Made by a program: the position numbers and the translations under genes. A model generated the notes under the pieces. It was not told the DNA's origin. It saw only the letters and a program-made list of their open reading frames with translations, and searched no databases. A DNA stretch of 63,997 nucleotides, the filler included, from Stramenopiles sp. TOSAG23-2 (taxonomy: Eukaryota), in assembly GCA_900128395.1 (NCBI GenBank). It is 26 parts of 26 records of this genome, joined end to end, with 100 filler letters (N's around TTAATTAATTAA, not from the genome) between each part and the next. Parts side by side here need not be neighbours in the genome. Positions count along the whole stretch, not along the records: positions 44,483 to 46,844 come from LT651809.1; positions 46,945 to 49,306 come from LT651810.1; positions 49,407 to 51,767 come from LT651811.1; positions 51,868 to 54,227 come from LT651812.1; positions 54,328 to 56,685 come from LT651813.1; 21 more parts are not named here. One strand, 5' to 3'. Positions 44,795 to 56,685 of this stretch are shown piece after piece; position 1 is the first letter of the stretch, and every line of letters starts with the position of its first letter.

Positions 44795-46844
44795 ATGCAT
44801 AGAACAAGCATAAGGCTTTTTGCTTTTTTAGTGTTTGCGATGCTGTGGGTCCCACGGAGATCCCACGCTTTGAACGTGACAAAACTCTGGGAAACGTGTA
44901 CTCTTGTAATCGACGGCACTAAGACTAGCATACTTGTGTTTTAACAGATTCTGGAAGTATTCAGTGCAAAGGTTTAGACCACTACCATCAGTGTTTTGAA
45001 CTGAAAAATAAGATCCCAAAGACTGGAAAGTTTATTCAAGTTAGCGCATCAACTTACAATACGTGTGGACTGACAGATCGTGGTGTAATTGAGTGCAATC
45101 ATGTGTGGGGAAACTCGGAACAACAAAAAATGATGTTGAAGAACCCATATCATTTAACAAAAGAAGGGAAACGGTTTCTTCAAGTTAGCGCAGGTTATGC
45201 TTTAAGTTGTGGCTTAACTGACAAACATGCGATCGAATGTTGGAACGGATACCCTGTGAAAACTCTGTGCAATATATACGCAAAAAACGGGAAGTTCGTT
45301 CAAATATCTACTGCTGCCTTTTACGTATGTGGGCTGACGGACAACGGTTCTGTGGAGTGTTGGACTTCGTTTACATGGGTTGCCTTACCTAACATTATCA
45401 AAAGTAAGAAAAAGTTTGTTCAAATTAGCGCAGCATCGCATCGTATTTGTGGAGTGACAGAAAAGGGTGCTATCGAGTGTTTTGGAAAGGATGGTAGTAA
45501 CAAAGGTGAGGGACACATATTCAAAGGTTTGAAGAACGGAAATCGTTTTATTTCAGTGAGTGTTGGCACCGGGTATCATTTTTGTGGACTTACAGAGCAA
45601 GGTAGCATAAAATGCTTCGGCAAGAATGATAAAGGCCAAACTAATGGAGAGAAAGAAACTTTCCCAAAGGAAGGCAAGCATTTTGTTGAGGTTGGTGTGG
45701 GAGGATATCATACATGTGGCATCACCGATATCGGAGCACTGGAATGTTTTGGTAGCAACGCGAAGTCTGCTTCATTTGATTACAAATCAACATTTCCATT
45801 ACAACCTCACAAGTCACCTCAACGTGCATTTGGTATGATTTCTGAAAAGCCTAAATTCACTGAACTGGCTGTAGGGGATTACCATACTTGTGGACTAACA
45901 GAACAAGGTGGAATCAAGTGTATTGGATCAAACCAAAACGGTCGAGCAAACGGCGGGGAACTAAAATTCCCAAGCGTCGCACAAAGGTTTATACAGGTCG
46001 ACACGTTTGCGTGGCATACATGTGGACTAACAAACGTTGGTTCCATTCAATGTTTTGGACTGGACGGAAGCTCGCAATCTCAGGACGGAAGAAATATGTT
46101 TCCAGAGAATGGTAAAAAATATTTGCAAGTTAGTACTGGGGCATATCTAACATGTGGTTTGACGGACAAAGGCATAATGGAGTGTATTAATTATTTGGGA
46201 ATCACATTGTTCAAGGCCCCTAAATACGAAAGGTTTGTAGAAATTAGTGCTGGTTTTAACCATATTTGCGGACTGACAAATCGAAGCATCGCTAGGTGTC
46301 GTCACTGGAATCCTGACAGAGAAGAAAAGTTGGGCATTTTTTCTCAAATTAGTGCTGGTAACCAGTATTCGTGTGGCTTAATGCATAATGGTGGTATCAA
46401 ATGCTTTGGAAGGGATAATTATGGCCAATTTAATGGTGAGAAAGAGAAGTTTCCGACATCTGGCAAAAAATTTGTACAAGTTGTTGCGGGCAAAGAACAT
46501 ACATGCGGGCTAACAGATACTGGCAAAATTGAATGTTTTGGCAAAGATAACGACGGTCAAACGAACGGCCAAAGTCCAAAGTCTCCAACGATCGGTAATA
46601 AATTTGTTCAAGTCGGTGCCTCATCACTCAACACTTGCGGATTGACCGACCAAGGCGTAATTGAATGTTTTGGGAGTGATAAATATAAACAATCAAATGG
46701 GCACAAACCTTTGTTTTGCAACGTTTGCAAGGACGGTTACGCATGGAATAACATAGACTCCACTTGCACTCTATGTGGACCATCTTCCGTGTCTGTTGGC
46801 GGACAAAATAATGTCTGTAGACAGTGCCCTGAAAGCACAGTTCC
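44795..46844 (+). CDS. Secreted RCC1/BLIP-II-type beta-propeller repeat protein followed by a Cys-rich region; frameshift near 44925; 3'-truncated
   Basis: Signal peptide MHRTSIRLFAFLVFAMLW..SHA; more than a dozen F(V/I)QVSAGxxHTCGLTDxGxIECFG repeats; then CNVCKDGY...CTLC...CRQCP. Confidence 0.8.
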
Positions 46845-47269
46845 NNNNNNNNNNNNNNNNNNNNNNNNNNNNNNNNNNNNNNNNNNNNTTAATTAATTAA
46901 NNNNNNNNNNNNNNNNNNNNNNNNNNNNNNNNNNNNNNNNNNNNATACTATATATCTTTTCTTTTTTTATAACTTTCGTATCTTTTTTTTGTTGATGATT
47001 TATAGATTGTGTGTACAGATATTAAAATGTTGCAAAAATCTGTTTTTTTTTTTTTTTATTATACCAGGTAGACTATATAATAATACTAAAAAATTATATG
47101 ATTTTAATTTATTAAGGGAAAGCTGGAAAGCTGGAAAGCCTGGAAAGCAATGGTGAAAGTCGGATAAATAAATACAAAAATGAAAAAACACCCGTCTACT
47201 TTGATTAAAAAGACATGTGTTTTATATAATAATGTAGCACAAGTGGTATAATATCTAGTACTAACTAAT

Positions 47270-48874
47270 TTATACAGTATGTACCTTCTCTAATACTACA
47301 TCTCCGTCCTCATCCCCACCACCTCCTCCTCTTAGTACTACCATTTCTACATCATCATCCTTTTTCGTTTTAAGATCTTCTTCGGTAACTCCACTAACAG
47401 TCATGGATATTTCAGTGGATTTATCTTTTAACGTACCATCTTTTTCCATTTTACGTAACATGAAAATTGCTACAATATATGCAGCCATGAAACCGATTGC
47501 ACATAAACCTAATGGTAAAGCTGCTAATCCATCATTTTTTGCCTCTGGTGATCCACGTGAATATCCTGTAGGAGTGATTATTAACGAAAATAAACTATTC
47601 AATATTAAAGTTGACAGGGAAGTTGTTACAATATCCATTACATCGTATCCACTCATTGCTAAACCATGTTCATGCTCTCCAACATTCCATTTAAATAACG
47701 TACGCATTGGTGCTGAAGTCATAAAAACAAAAAAGCCTAAAAAAACAATAACAAGGGTTGCTATGAATGAAATTGAGGAAGTAATTATTAATGAGATTAT
47801 CCACACAAAGCCACATAAATAACATGATCCAATAAATGTAGTAAAACCAAGTCGGATCAACATCAGTCTGTTGTAAAATATACCAACGAAGCCTGCTGCA
47901 TATACACAAAGAGGCAAAAGAGCGACATCTGCAGGAGCCAAATTATATTTATAAATTAATAATGCAACTATCATACTTTGAGCCCCGGTAGTTCCAAATT
48001 TATTTCCCATATGGCATACTTGTAAACGTCTAAAAATGGGTGTGCTCCAAACTTTTTTAATTGGTAAAAATATCCCAGTTAAAAATAATTCTTTTATCAA
48101 AACTCCATCTACTTTCCAATTTTTCTTTCCTTTCACAGTTTCTTTATAAACAAATGTAATATATAATAAATCTACAATTGCTAGAATTACGGTTGCAATA
48201 CCTATCTGTACATAATTTCCACCAAGACGAAGAAGCACACTGCTTAATATAGAACTAGATAAACTAGCAACTATAAGTGGAAATATTGAATAAAGATATG
48301 CATTATTAAATTGCGTTTCCTCTTTACCGTCGCATAAATCCGCTATGGTAGCTGGCATGATGGCCCCATTGCATTGTGCAAGACCAGCAAAAAAACTTGC
48401 TACCCAAAGCATTCCGTGGGTTGGTGATAATATTAACAGTATACACCCTGCACAGTATAACATTGTCACAAGTGTAAGAAAAAGACGCCTTCCATAAATA
48501 TCACTGAAAAAACCTCCAAGATTTTCACTAAAAATTCCGACAACTGTTATCATAATTCCAAGATAACCAATGTAAGCAGCAGCTTCACCTGTTTGTTCTT
48601 CATTGAACAATTTAAAGAAAATAATTTGAAGAACACATTGACCATACATAGCAATTGGTAAATAATGAGAAAAAAACAAACCATATACAACTCTCATAGC
48701 TTTCCAAAATTCTTTTGGTGTGGGCCGTGTTTCTAAAACGCTTTTCATTGCTAAATATTGTCTTACTGTATGATTGCTCTTCATATCTGTTGGAACTGTG
48801 GAAGATTTTTCTAATTTCCCGAAGTCTGCATTTTGGTTATCAGGTATTGTTCTTGTTGTTGTTGTTGTAGCCAT
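47270..48874 (-). CDS. MFS transporter, DHA1/TetA/MFSD14-like
   Basis: Motif A GGFFSDIYGRR, ATIADL and about 12 TM segments; 534 aa. Confidence 0.85.
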   Translation of the reverse strand: MATTTTTRTIPDNQNADFGKLEKSSTVPTDMKSNHTVRQYLAMKSVLETRPTPKEFWKAMRVVYGLFFSHYLPIAMYGQCVLQIIFFKLFNEEQTGEAAAYIGYLGIMITVVGIFSENLGGFFSDIYGRRLFLTLVTMLYCAGCILLILSPTHGMLWVASFFAGLAQCNGAIMPATIADLCDGKEETQFNNAYLYSIFPLIVASLSSSILSSVLLRLGGNYVQIGIATVILAIVDLLYITFVYKETVKGKKNWKVDGVLIKELFLTGIFLPIKKVWSTPIFRRLQVCHMGNKFGTTGAQSMIVALLIYKYNLAPADVALLPLCVYAAGFVGIFYNRLMLIRLGFTTFIGSCYLCGFVWIISLIITSSISFIATLVIVFLGFFVFMTSAPMRTLFKWNVGEHEHGLAMSGYDVMDIVTTSLSTLILNSLFSLIITPTGYSRGSPEAKNDGLAALPLGLCAIGFMAAYIVAIFMLRKMEKDGTLKDKSTEISMTVSGVTEEDLKTKKDDDVEMVVLRGGGGGDEDGDVVLEKVHTV

Positions 48875-50097
48875 TTGGTAGTGAATACTATTTGGCTGAT
48901 GATGGATGATAAAATATTATACTATATACAATATAGTTCAGAAGGATATATCTGTAGCGTTTCTGTTGATAGTAAATGATCACATATGGAGTGTCAGAGT
49001 GATACATATTATATATATTATACTTTTTTTTTCTTATCTTTTTTTTTTTTTATTAGGTGCGTAGGCTTGGAAAACGTAGATTTGGACCTGGAAATGCCTC
49101 TGGTGTCCAGAGAAGGCTTGCCCTATACTCAGGAAACCCCGCTATGATATTCGCATTATACGGTGCTATAACCCTCTTATAATGGACTAAACCGTGTCAA
49201 AAATGTACAAACCGTGTCAAAAATGTACACTTAACAAAATAACAAAATAACACTATTCACTATGGGAAATAGGTATATATCGTTTTCTAAAATGCCAATT
49301 TTATTTNNNNNNNNNNNNNNNNNNNNNNNNNNNNNNNNNNNNNNNNNNNNTTAATTAATTAANNNNNNNNNNNNNNNNNNNNNNNNNNNNNNNNNNNNNN
49401 NNNNNNATAGTTGTTGTGACTTTTGTAATGTATTTTTCAAATGATTATGAGATGATAGTTGATGATGATGATTGTTGTTGTTATCCTATCTTTTACTTTG
49501 TTTTTAATTTATATTAGAATTTTATTTGTGCATCTTTATTATTATTACTTGTACTTTTATTTTTTCTTATTATTTTTTTATTATTATCAATAATTTAGCA
49601 TATAAATAGCACTCTCAGTATTATTTCAATGCTAATCTCTACATTCCCCTGTGGTTGCTGTGATAATTTTTTTTTTCTTTTATATAATTGTTATTGTCAC
49701 AGGTGGAGTGAAACCATTTGTGTGGCAGAAGTTGCTATGTTTGTTTTCTTCTGCACTTCTCTTGTTGGATGCTGATGCGGTATAAGTTTTGTTCTTTATA
49801 TAAAAAATGCTTACAAATAATGTTTATATATTCATCATTCTCATGCTTATTGTACAGATAGAGTCACAGTACATTTTTTTTGTTGCAGTAATTGTTCCTT
49901 CCTTTACAACATAAGCTTTTGTTTTCTTCACTTCTGTTAGTTGCTCTTTTGCTTCATGTACTTTATTTTTCACATCAGCAATAAATTCATTGTCATTTTT
50001 CTGGGCGTCTCTATAAAAAAAAGTCTTAAATTGTTTGCATATTCTATTGGCATAAGCGTTTTAGATATAGAGATATCAGTACATTTCATCACTACTT

Positions 50098-50671
50098 GTG
50101 ATAAATGTAATGAAAGTCCCGTTTTCCATAGATGGCAACAAATTTGCAGGGATGCAATATGCTTGCGGGAAGCCTAACTTTATCAAATTACTAAGCCGTA
50201 AAAATTTAGAGTTTTTACAAGCTAATCAAACAAATCTTTGGAACAGTGAACGTAAAACAATTGTTAATGTGGGTGGTAATAGTATGATAAAACAATCAAT
50301 GAAGAGTGTAACATGTAAAAAATGGGATATTGCAGCAAACGATTACTACCAATATATTTTCAAAAATATTGAATATCAATCAACAAAACACATCAACCTC
50401 GGGACGACAAGATAATAATATAACCATACTTGTTCCTGATCATGTAGTTATACATGTTTTTGAATGTATTAGTAGTATTTGTAGAGGGAATGAACGTGTT
50501 AAATTGAATTGGAAACATGTTGAAAATGGTCCATCCGCGGTAAGGAGATGGGCAAAACAATGTAGTAGCAATCAATGTATTAAAGGTGCATTAACCAATG
50601 CCTTAGCAAGTACAGCAACGGGATATAGTGAAGATGTAGCAGAGGCAGCAATGAATATTACGTTGTTGTAG
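50098..50671 (+). CDS. Hypothetical protein C-terminal part, frameshifted near 50400
   Basis: Overlapping ORFs 50098-50415 and 50330-50671 read as one protein-like sequence. No motif recognised. Confidence 0.35.
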
Positions 50672-51207
50672 TTTTTGTTGGAAAAATTTACCGGAGAGAA
50701 AAATCTATTTCAGCTTCTGTGTGGTATCTTTTAAACATATTTCGATAAATTAATGTATTTTTTAAAAAAGAAGAAATTTTATTTTTTATTTTTTACTACC
50801 ACATTTTTTGAATAAACTTTTGCGACACTTCCTACGTACGATGCATACTATCATATATAATTTTTATCCAGGTGGCCATGTTAATTGTCTTCCACCAATT
50901 AAATGGACGTGTAAATAATAGTGAAGATGTAGCAGAGGCAGCAATGAATATTACGTTGTTGTAGTTTTTGTTAGAAAAATTTACCGGAGAAAAATCTATT
51001 ATTTCAGCTTCTGTGGCGGTATCTTTTAAGCTCATATTTCGATAAATTAAAATGTATTTTTATTTTAAAAAAGAAGAAATTTTATTTTTTATTTTTTACT
51101 AAATAAACTTTTGCGACACTTCCTACGTACGATGCATTACTATCATATATAATTTTATCCAGGTGGCCATGTTAATTGTCTTCCACCAATTAAATGGACG
51201 TGTAAAT
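50625..51207. repeat. Imperfect ~290-bp tandem duplication covering two convergent gene ends
   Basis: 50625-50916 and 50918-51207 are identical in the coding ends and differ in the intergenic part. Confidence 0.88.
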
Positions 51208-51649
51208 GATATACTGATTGACATCCTTCAACACCATCATTTATAACCAAACGATAACCATTATCTAGCTTTTCTTGTTTTGCAACTACACTAGCAGTAT
51301 ACATTAATTTCCCTAAAATTTGTTGATGAGATTCAACAGCATTACTTATTCGTGTCAATCCTGCACGTACTTTTGGTATTAATAAAATATGAGTTGGTGC
51401 TTGAGGACTGACATCACGAAATGCCAATACATCATCATCTTCAAAAACAACAGTTGATGGTATTTCTTTTCGTATTATTTTATCGAAGATCGTTTCTTCC
51501 CCAGTATCAGTTGCTAATTTTGCTTTATCTTCCTCTGATGATGAAGTCATATTTCTTGCTATTAAATGTCTTACTTGGTATTGATTAATTATTTTTTTTT
51601 GTGGATATTGTGTTTTCAACTGTTTTGCTAATGATAAGATTCGTCTCAT
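51155..51649 (-). CDS. Histidine triad nucleotide-binding protein (HINT1/2 family) with probable mitochondrial presequence
   Basis: TIFDKIIRKEIP, AFRDVSPQAPTHILLIPK and QSVYHLHVHLIGGRQLTWPPG. Basic N-terminal extension lacking acidic residues. Confidence 0.95.
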   Translation of the reverse strand: MRRILSLAKQLKTQYPQKKIINQYQVRHLIARNMTSSSEEDKAKLATDTGEETIFDKIIRKEIPSTVVFEDDDVLAFRDVSPQAPTHILLIPKVRAGLTRISNAVESHQQILGKLMYTASVVAKQEKLDNGYRLVINDGVEGCQSVYHLHVHLIGGRQLTWPPG

Positions 51650-51867
51650 TTCACGACGTAGATGAGCACTTAATTTATATCTAGCTTAAAATAATAACAC
51701 GTCAGAATATAGTTATTCCACATATACAAAGTTGTGTTGTTGTTTTTTTTCCCATTTCACATTTTTTNNNNNNNNNNNNNNNNNNNNNNNNNNNNNNNNN
51801 NNNNNNNNNNNTTAATTAATTAANNNNNNNNNNNNNNNNNNNNNNNNNNNNNNNNNNNNNNNNNNNN

Positions 51868-53375
51868 GGTAGAATATATACTACCAAAGGATATGGGCCG
51901 AAAAATAATGTAATTGAGCATGGAGCTCAATTTGTTCACGGTGCTACAAATGAAAATCCAGTTGTTCAATTAGCAATTGAATCAAAAGCAATTAAAAAAC
52001 TCAAAAATTTACGTTTTATTGATTGGGATGATGGATATGTATATAAAGGTATAGAAGGTAAAACGAAGCAATTTTCAGATAAAATAACTGATAAAGCATA
52101 TGAATCTTTGATTAAATATTTAAACTTGTCGTATTCAGATAAGAGAGAATCTATAAAAAGCAAACAAGATAGAAAGATAGATGTATCATTAGGAAAAGAA
52201 TTCATTAAGGTACTATATGAAACAAAAAATAATATTAAAGATAAAACATGTACGGAAGAAGAATATAAAAAATTAATTGAATGTACAGCAAGAATGGAAA
52301 TTTCTGATGATTATGGTGTTGATTTGGAAGATTTAAGCTTAGCATATTGGGATCAAGATGATGAATATGTATTAAATCAGGTGGATATGAAACATTAATA
52401 AATTATTTAGCAAAACCATTACGTGATAATATTCTTTTAAATCATATTGTTCAACATATTCAAATTGATGATAATAATGAAGGAGACATCAATAACAAAG
52501 AGAAGAAGATGAACGTGAATTGCAACAGCAGCAGCAGCAGCAGCAACAACAACAACAACAACGATGAAGATATAAATAATTTGAAAACTATAAACAATAG
52601 CCACGATAACAATAGTAATATTACTAACGATACAAATAATATCGTAAAGGATGAACATACGATAACAATTACTTGTACAAATGGAACTAAATTTAAATGT
52701 AAACAACTTATATGTACTATACCGTTAGGTTATTTAAAGAAACATCGTAATGAATTATTTAAATATATACCAAATATACCAAATGAAATAACTGATGCTA
52801 TTGATCATTTAAACATGGGCAATTTAGAAAAAGTATTTCTACGTTTCAAACGTCCTTTTTGGAAAATTGATACAGATACATTTTACAACTATTCTGGTAA
52901 TCCATTTCGTATATTTATGAATTTAAATCGTATGAATGGTAATAATAATAGTAAAAAAACAGAAGGTTATATTTTGATTTGTTTTGTTTCTGGGTCATAT
53001 GCAAAATCATTGATCACAAACAATACAGATCAAGAAATAGCATTACTTGTATTGGCATCTTTACGTGAAATTTTCGGTTCGAGAAAAGTACCATTGGATG
53101 ATAAAGAAGCACTTTCGTTATTGTTGGAAAATGATGAAGGTCCACCAGCATTCGTTACACGTTGGACTACAGATCCATATAGTTTAGGTTGTTATTCACA
53201 TATGCCAATAAATGCATTGCCAAAAGATTATTATGCATTTGAACAATCATATTTTAATAACACATTTCATTTCGCTGGTGAACATACTATTGCAAAATAT
53301 GCTGGTGCTGTTCATGGTGCTATATTATCTGGAAAACGTGCTGCGAAAGCTGTGATGAAAGCAATCCCCCTTTAG
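51868..53375 (+). CDS. Flavin-containing amine oxidase (polyamine oxidase-like), 5'-truncated, frameshift near 52375
   Basis: GRIYT...EHGAQFVHG, GGYETLINYLA, TIPLGYLK, KVFLRFKRPFW, TRWTTDPYSLGCYS and FAGEHT...GAVHGAILSGKRAA. Confidence 0.88.
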
Positions 53376-53956
53376 TCGTCTATATATTTTGCTTTTTGTA
53401 TTTCTTGATAATCTATATATCTAGAATATATATTATTTGTAAAATATATTTCACATCCACATTCCACATGGACACATAGCAGCAAATAATTTGTTTGTAC
53501 TTATTAGACTACAATAAATAGAAAGATATATAGGTATAATAATTTAATTTCAATTGTAGTAAAGTAGCTCCACTGTGTCTGTGTGCTTATGCAATGCAAA
53601 GTTTGAAAATCACCATTCATTCTATAGCATGGCATTAGCTACTGTACAACAATATATAATAATAATATTAATGCACTAATAATATATAATATTGCCAGAT
53701 TGATGATGAGTTGCATGAATGTGACGATGAATTAATGAAAGATAGTGTGTGAAGTATATATGTAGAGAACAAACACCCACACCCACACACACATACACAC
53801 ACACACACACAAATATATATAACAATACTGCATACTATACCAATCACACATAGTCGATACCTTTTTTAAACATTTGCACGGAAGTATTTTGTTTTTTCTT
53901 TTGTTGTGAAATATTTATACTGCTTATTATTATATTATATATATATTTTTTGAAAT

Positions 53957-54227
53957 ATGGAGTCTGAAAATGTAAAGATAGAAGATTCTACGACTACTAC
54001 CGCCACAACTGCGAGTAATAATGGTGACACAAGTGGGGATACCACCACAACTGCGAGTAATAATGGTGACACAAGTGGGGATACAGGTTCTTCTACAACA
54101 ACAACAACAGCATCTACAGTCAAGGACGAAAATGTAGAGAATGATGCAAAACCTCCTCCTGAGCTTGTAAAAAATAAAGGACAATTAGCACAAGAAAAGC
54201 ATAGTGAGGAATATACAAAAGAATTTG
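53957..54227 (+). CDS. Hypothetical protein N-terminus with a 42-bp coding tandem repeat (TTASNNGDTSGDT x2)
   Basis: ATG 53957, open to the contig end. Confidence 0.55.
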
Positions 54228-54328
54228 NNNNNNNNNNNNNNNNNNNNNNNNNNNNNNNNNNNNNNNNNNNNTTAATTAATTAANNNNNNNNNNNNNNNNN
54301 NNNNNNNNNNNNNNNNNNNNNNNNNNNT

Positions 54329-54877
54329 TTATTTCTTACCATTTTGTTTATACTCCCATTCATCTAAATATATTTCTGTTAATAAATTTGATCCAGTAAC
54401 AGTATCACTTCCATTCTTATTGTCACTACTCCTTGTTCCATTATTATTATTGTTATAACTACTTTTAGTATTATTAGTCATTATGTTTTCTACATTGTTA
54501 CTACTATTACTTGTGACGGAAGACGATGTTTCTTGTGAAATCGGTTGTTGTTGTTGTTGCTGCTGCATGTTATTATTACCTTGTGAATTTAAAAACGTGG
54601 ATGTCGATATGTTACTCGCAGAATATATTTCGCGTTTCACAGCGTCTAATTCTCTCATAGTTTTATTTAATTCAGCTTGTACTTGTTTTAACTCATTATG
54701 TCCTACTTTTTCATCTAATTTATTTCCAAATGAATCTTTACTTTTCTTAACATATGTGACTGCTCTGCCTAATTGTCTACCAGCAGCACGTGCAAAGACT
54801 GGCAAGTCTCTACGGCCTATAATGGCAATGCCTACACCAAAAGTAAGCATAATTTCGCCTAAACCTATATCAAACAT
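54329..54877 (-). CDS. tatB: TatB-like subunit of twin-arginine translocase (mitochondrial type)
   Basis: MFDIGLGEIMLTFGVGIAIIGRRDLPVFARAAGRQLGRA matches the TatA/B N-terminal TM, hinge Gly, LP and amphipathic helix. Long disordered tail. Confidence 0.85.
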   Translation of the reverse strand: MFDIGLGEIMLTFGVGIAIIGRRDLPVFARAAGRQLGRAVTYVKKSKDSFGNKLDEKVGHNELKQVQAELNKTMRELDAVKREIYSASNISTSTFLNSQGNNNMQQQQQQQPISQETSSSVTSNSSNNVENIMTNNTKSSYNNNNNGTRSSDNKNGSDTVTGSNLLTEIYLDEWEYKQNGKK

Positions 54878-54892
54878 ATTATAGACACCGTT

Positions 54893-55150
54893 CTAAAATA
54901 AAATAAAATAATAAAATGCGAAAAGTACACAAAGAATACTTATAATATAATCAAATTGACCAGCTAGTACTGCTAAAAATCGAAATGGAGCACCTTCGCC
55001 AACTAATACTTTATTTATTTTCGGTACTCGCCTGATATAATACAAAGAAGATAAAACTAATAAAAATATAATAATAATTGCTGTATATGAATAACTACTA
55101 TTATTATTATCACCTAAATTATTTTCTTTCGCACCTGTTATTGATGACAT
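54893..55150 (-). CDS. Kish/TMEM167 family small membrane protein (Kish-B-like)
   Basis: YSYTAIIIIFLLVLSSLYYIRRVPKI...GAPFRFLAVLA...ISILCVLFAFYYF aligns by eye with Kish-B (YS..L..LL....Y.KKVP.L...F...AV.......I.CV..AFY). Confidence 0.62.
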   Translation of the reverse strand: MSSITGAKENNLGDNNNSSYSYTAIIIIFLLVLSSLYYIRRVPKINKVLVGEGAPFRFLAVLAGQFDYIISILCVLFAFYYFILF

Positions 55151-55581
55151 TTATTAATATTATTATTTAATATATAAATAATAGAACAAATTGAAAAAAA
55201 ATATTATATACTGTATATATATATATATATATATAACAAATATTATTATTTATTCTATTTGTATTTTCCAATATATATTTTGTTGCTACTAAATTAAAAT
55301 CAATTCCTGTTTTTAATTATTTATTCTTGTTTCATAACTCTATATCTATATTTTATTCTTAACGTTTGTTGTATTTTAATTTAAATTTAAAATAGTAGTT
55401 CGTTTACTACTAAAACTAACCCCGCAACTTCATCATTCTATTCATTCATCAAACATCAAAGAAAATATAGATAAGAAGTATTTTAGCACGTCATATAGAT
55501 GAAATTCAAGATCTACCTATCTATATATATAAATATATATAGATATAGAAGCAAAAAGATATAAATGTATATAGATGAAAC

Positions 55582-56685
55582 ATGAAAGGATCATTATCAT
55601 CATCGCAATCAATGAAAAGGAGAAAGTTAAACCATGAAGGTGCAACAATAAAAAATGTTGATGCAAATTATTATATTGATGTACCAATAATTACCTCTCA
55701 AAATGAAATTATGAAAAAATATCAAGAAAAATATGTTGTATTGTATCGTCCGTCTAATAATAATAATCGTGTAAATAAAGTGGATTTAAATTTAAATACA
55801 GTCGCTGGTATATTTAAAGATTCAAACGATAAAATTAAAAAATCATTCTGTGTTGAAAATTCTGGCAATGGGACAGATTTAAACGAAAAGATAGTATTTG
55901 ATTCAAAAAGTGATAATAAATATGACAAATGGTATGCATCTTTCATTGCACAACATGATGAAACGTTATTAAATAAACTAAATACAAAGTTATTACCAGT
56001 TCCATTTATTGATACAAATGTCTTTCATAGTGATATTATATGGTTTTTCATTGGTAAAAATATAGATCAAACATGTCCTTTGGAAGGCAGAGCAGAACAT
56101 ACTGATAGTGTAACACACGATGGTACTTGGCATTATCAATGTTCAGGAGAAAAAATATGGGAAATTCGCCCGACACAAAAATTAATTAATAATATAATCA
56201 ATAATAATAGTAAGAAGAAGATGATGAACAGCAATAATAATAATAATGATACAAAACAAGATCATCTAACCATGGATAATAAGATGATTATCAAATGTCA
56301 AGCTGGAGATGTATTACTTATAAATACTAAATTATGGTGGCATCATACTAAAATCCCACCAACAAATAACGCCAATCATCAAGTTTCAATAAGTTACGCA
56401 CGTGATATTTATTTTGAATCGAATAAACCAACCAATACTAATTTGAACAATATGACAAATGTTGATGCTGTGTATGCAAGTAAATCAATTGAAGCAGGTA
56501 ATGTTGTATTAACTGAAGATGACATGCCAGATTGTGAATTACCACGTTCAAATGATCCAAATTGTGCAGTAACGATGTTAGACAATGGTCAAGGTGCATT
56601 AATTGCAATTAAAAATATAGATGAAGGTGATTTTTTCTCCATAGCAAATAGTAGTAGTAGTGATGATGATGATTTGGACGAGGAA
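55582..56685 (+). CDS. JmjC/cupin 2OG-Fe(II) oxygenase fused to a short degenerate SET-like domain, 3'-truncated
   Basis: EHTD...TWHYQCSGEKIWEIRP...GDVLLINTKLWWHHT, then VYASKSIEAG...RSNDPNC...LIAIKNIDEGDFFSI. Confidence 0.75.

Noticed and set aside
52365-52385. Programmed frameshift in the amine oxidase (also 50400 and 60440)
   Set aside because: No convincing slippery site with a downstream structure was seen. Indel errors or small deletions in an error-prone assembly are simpler.
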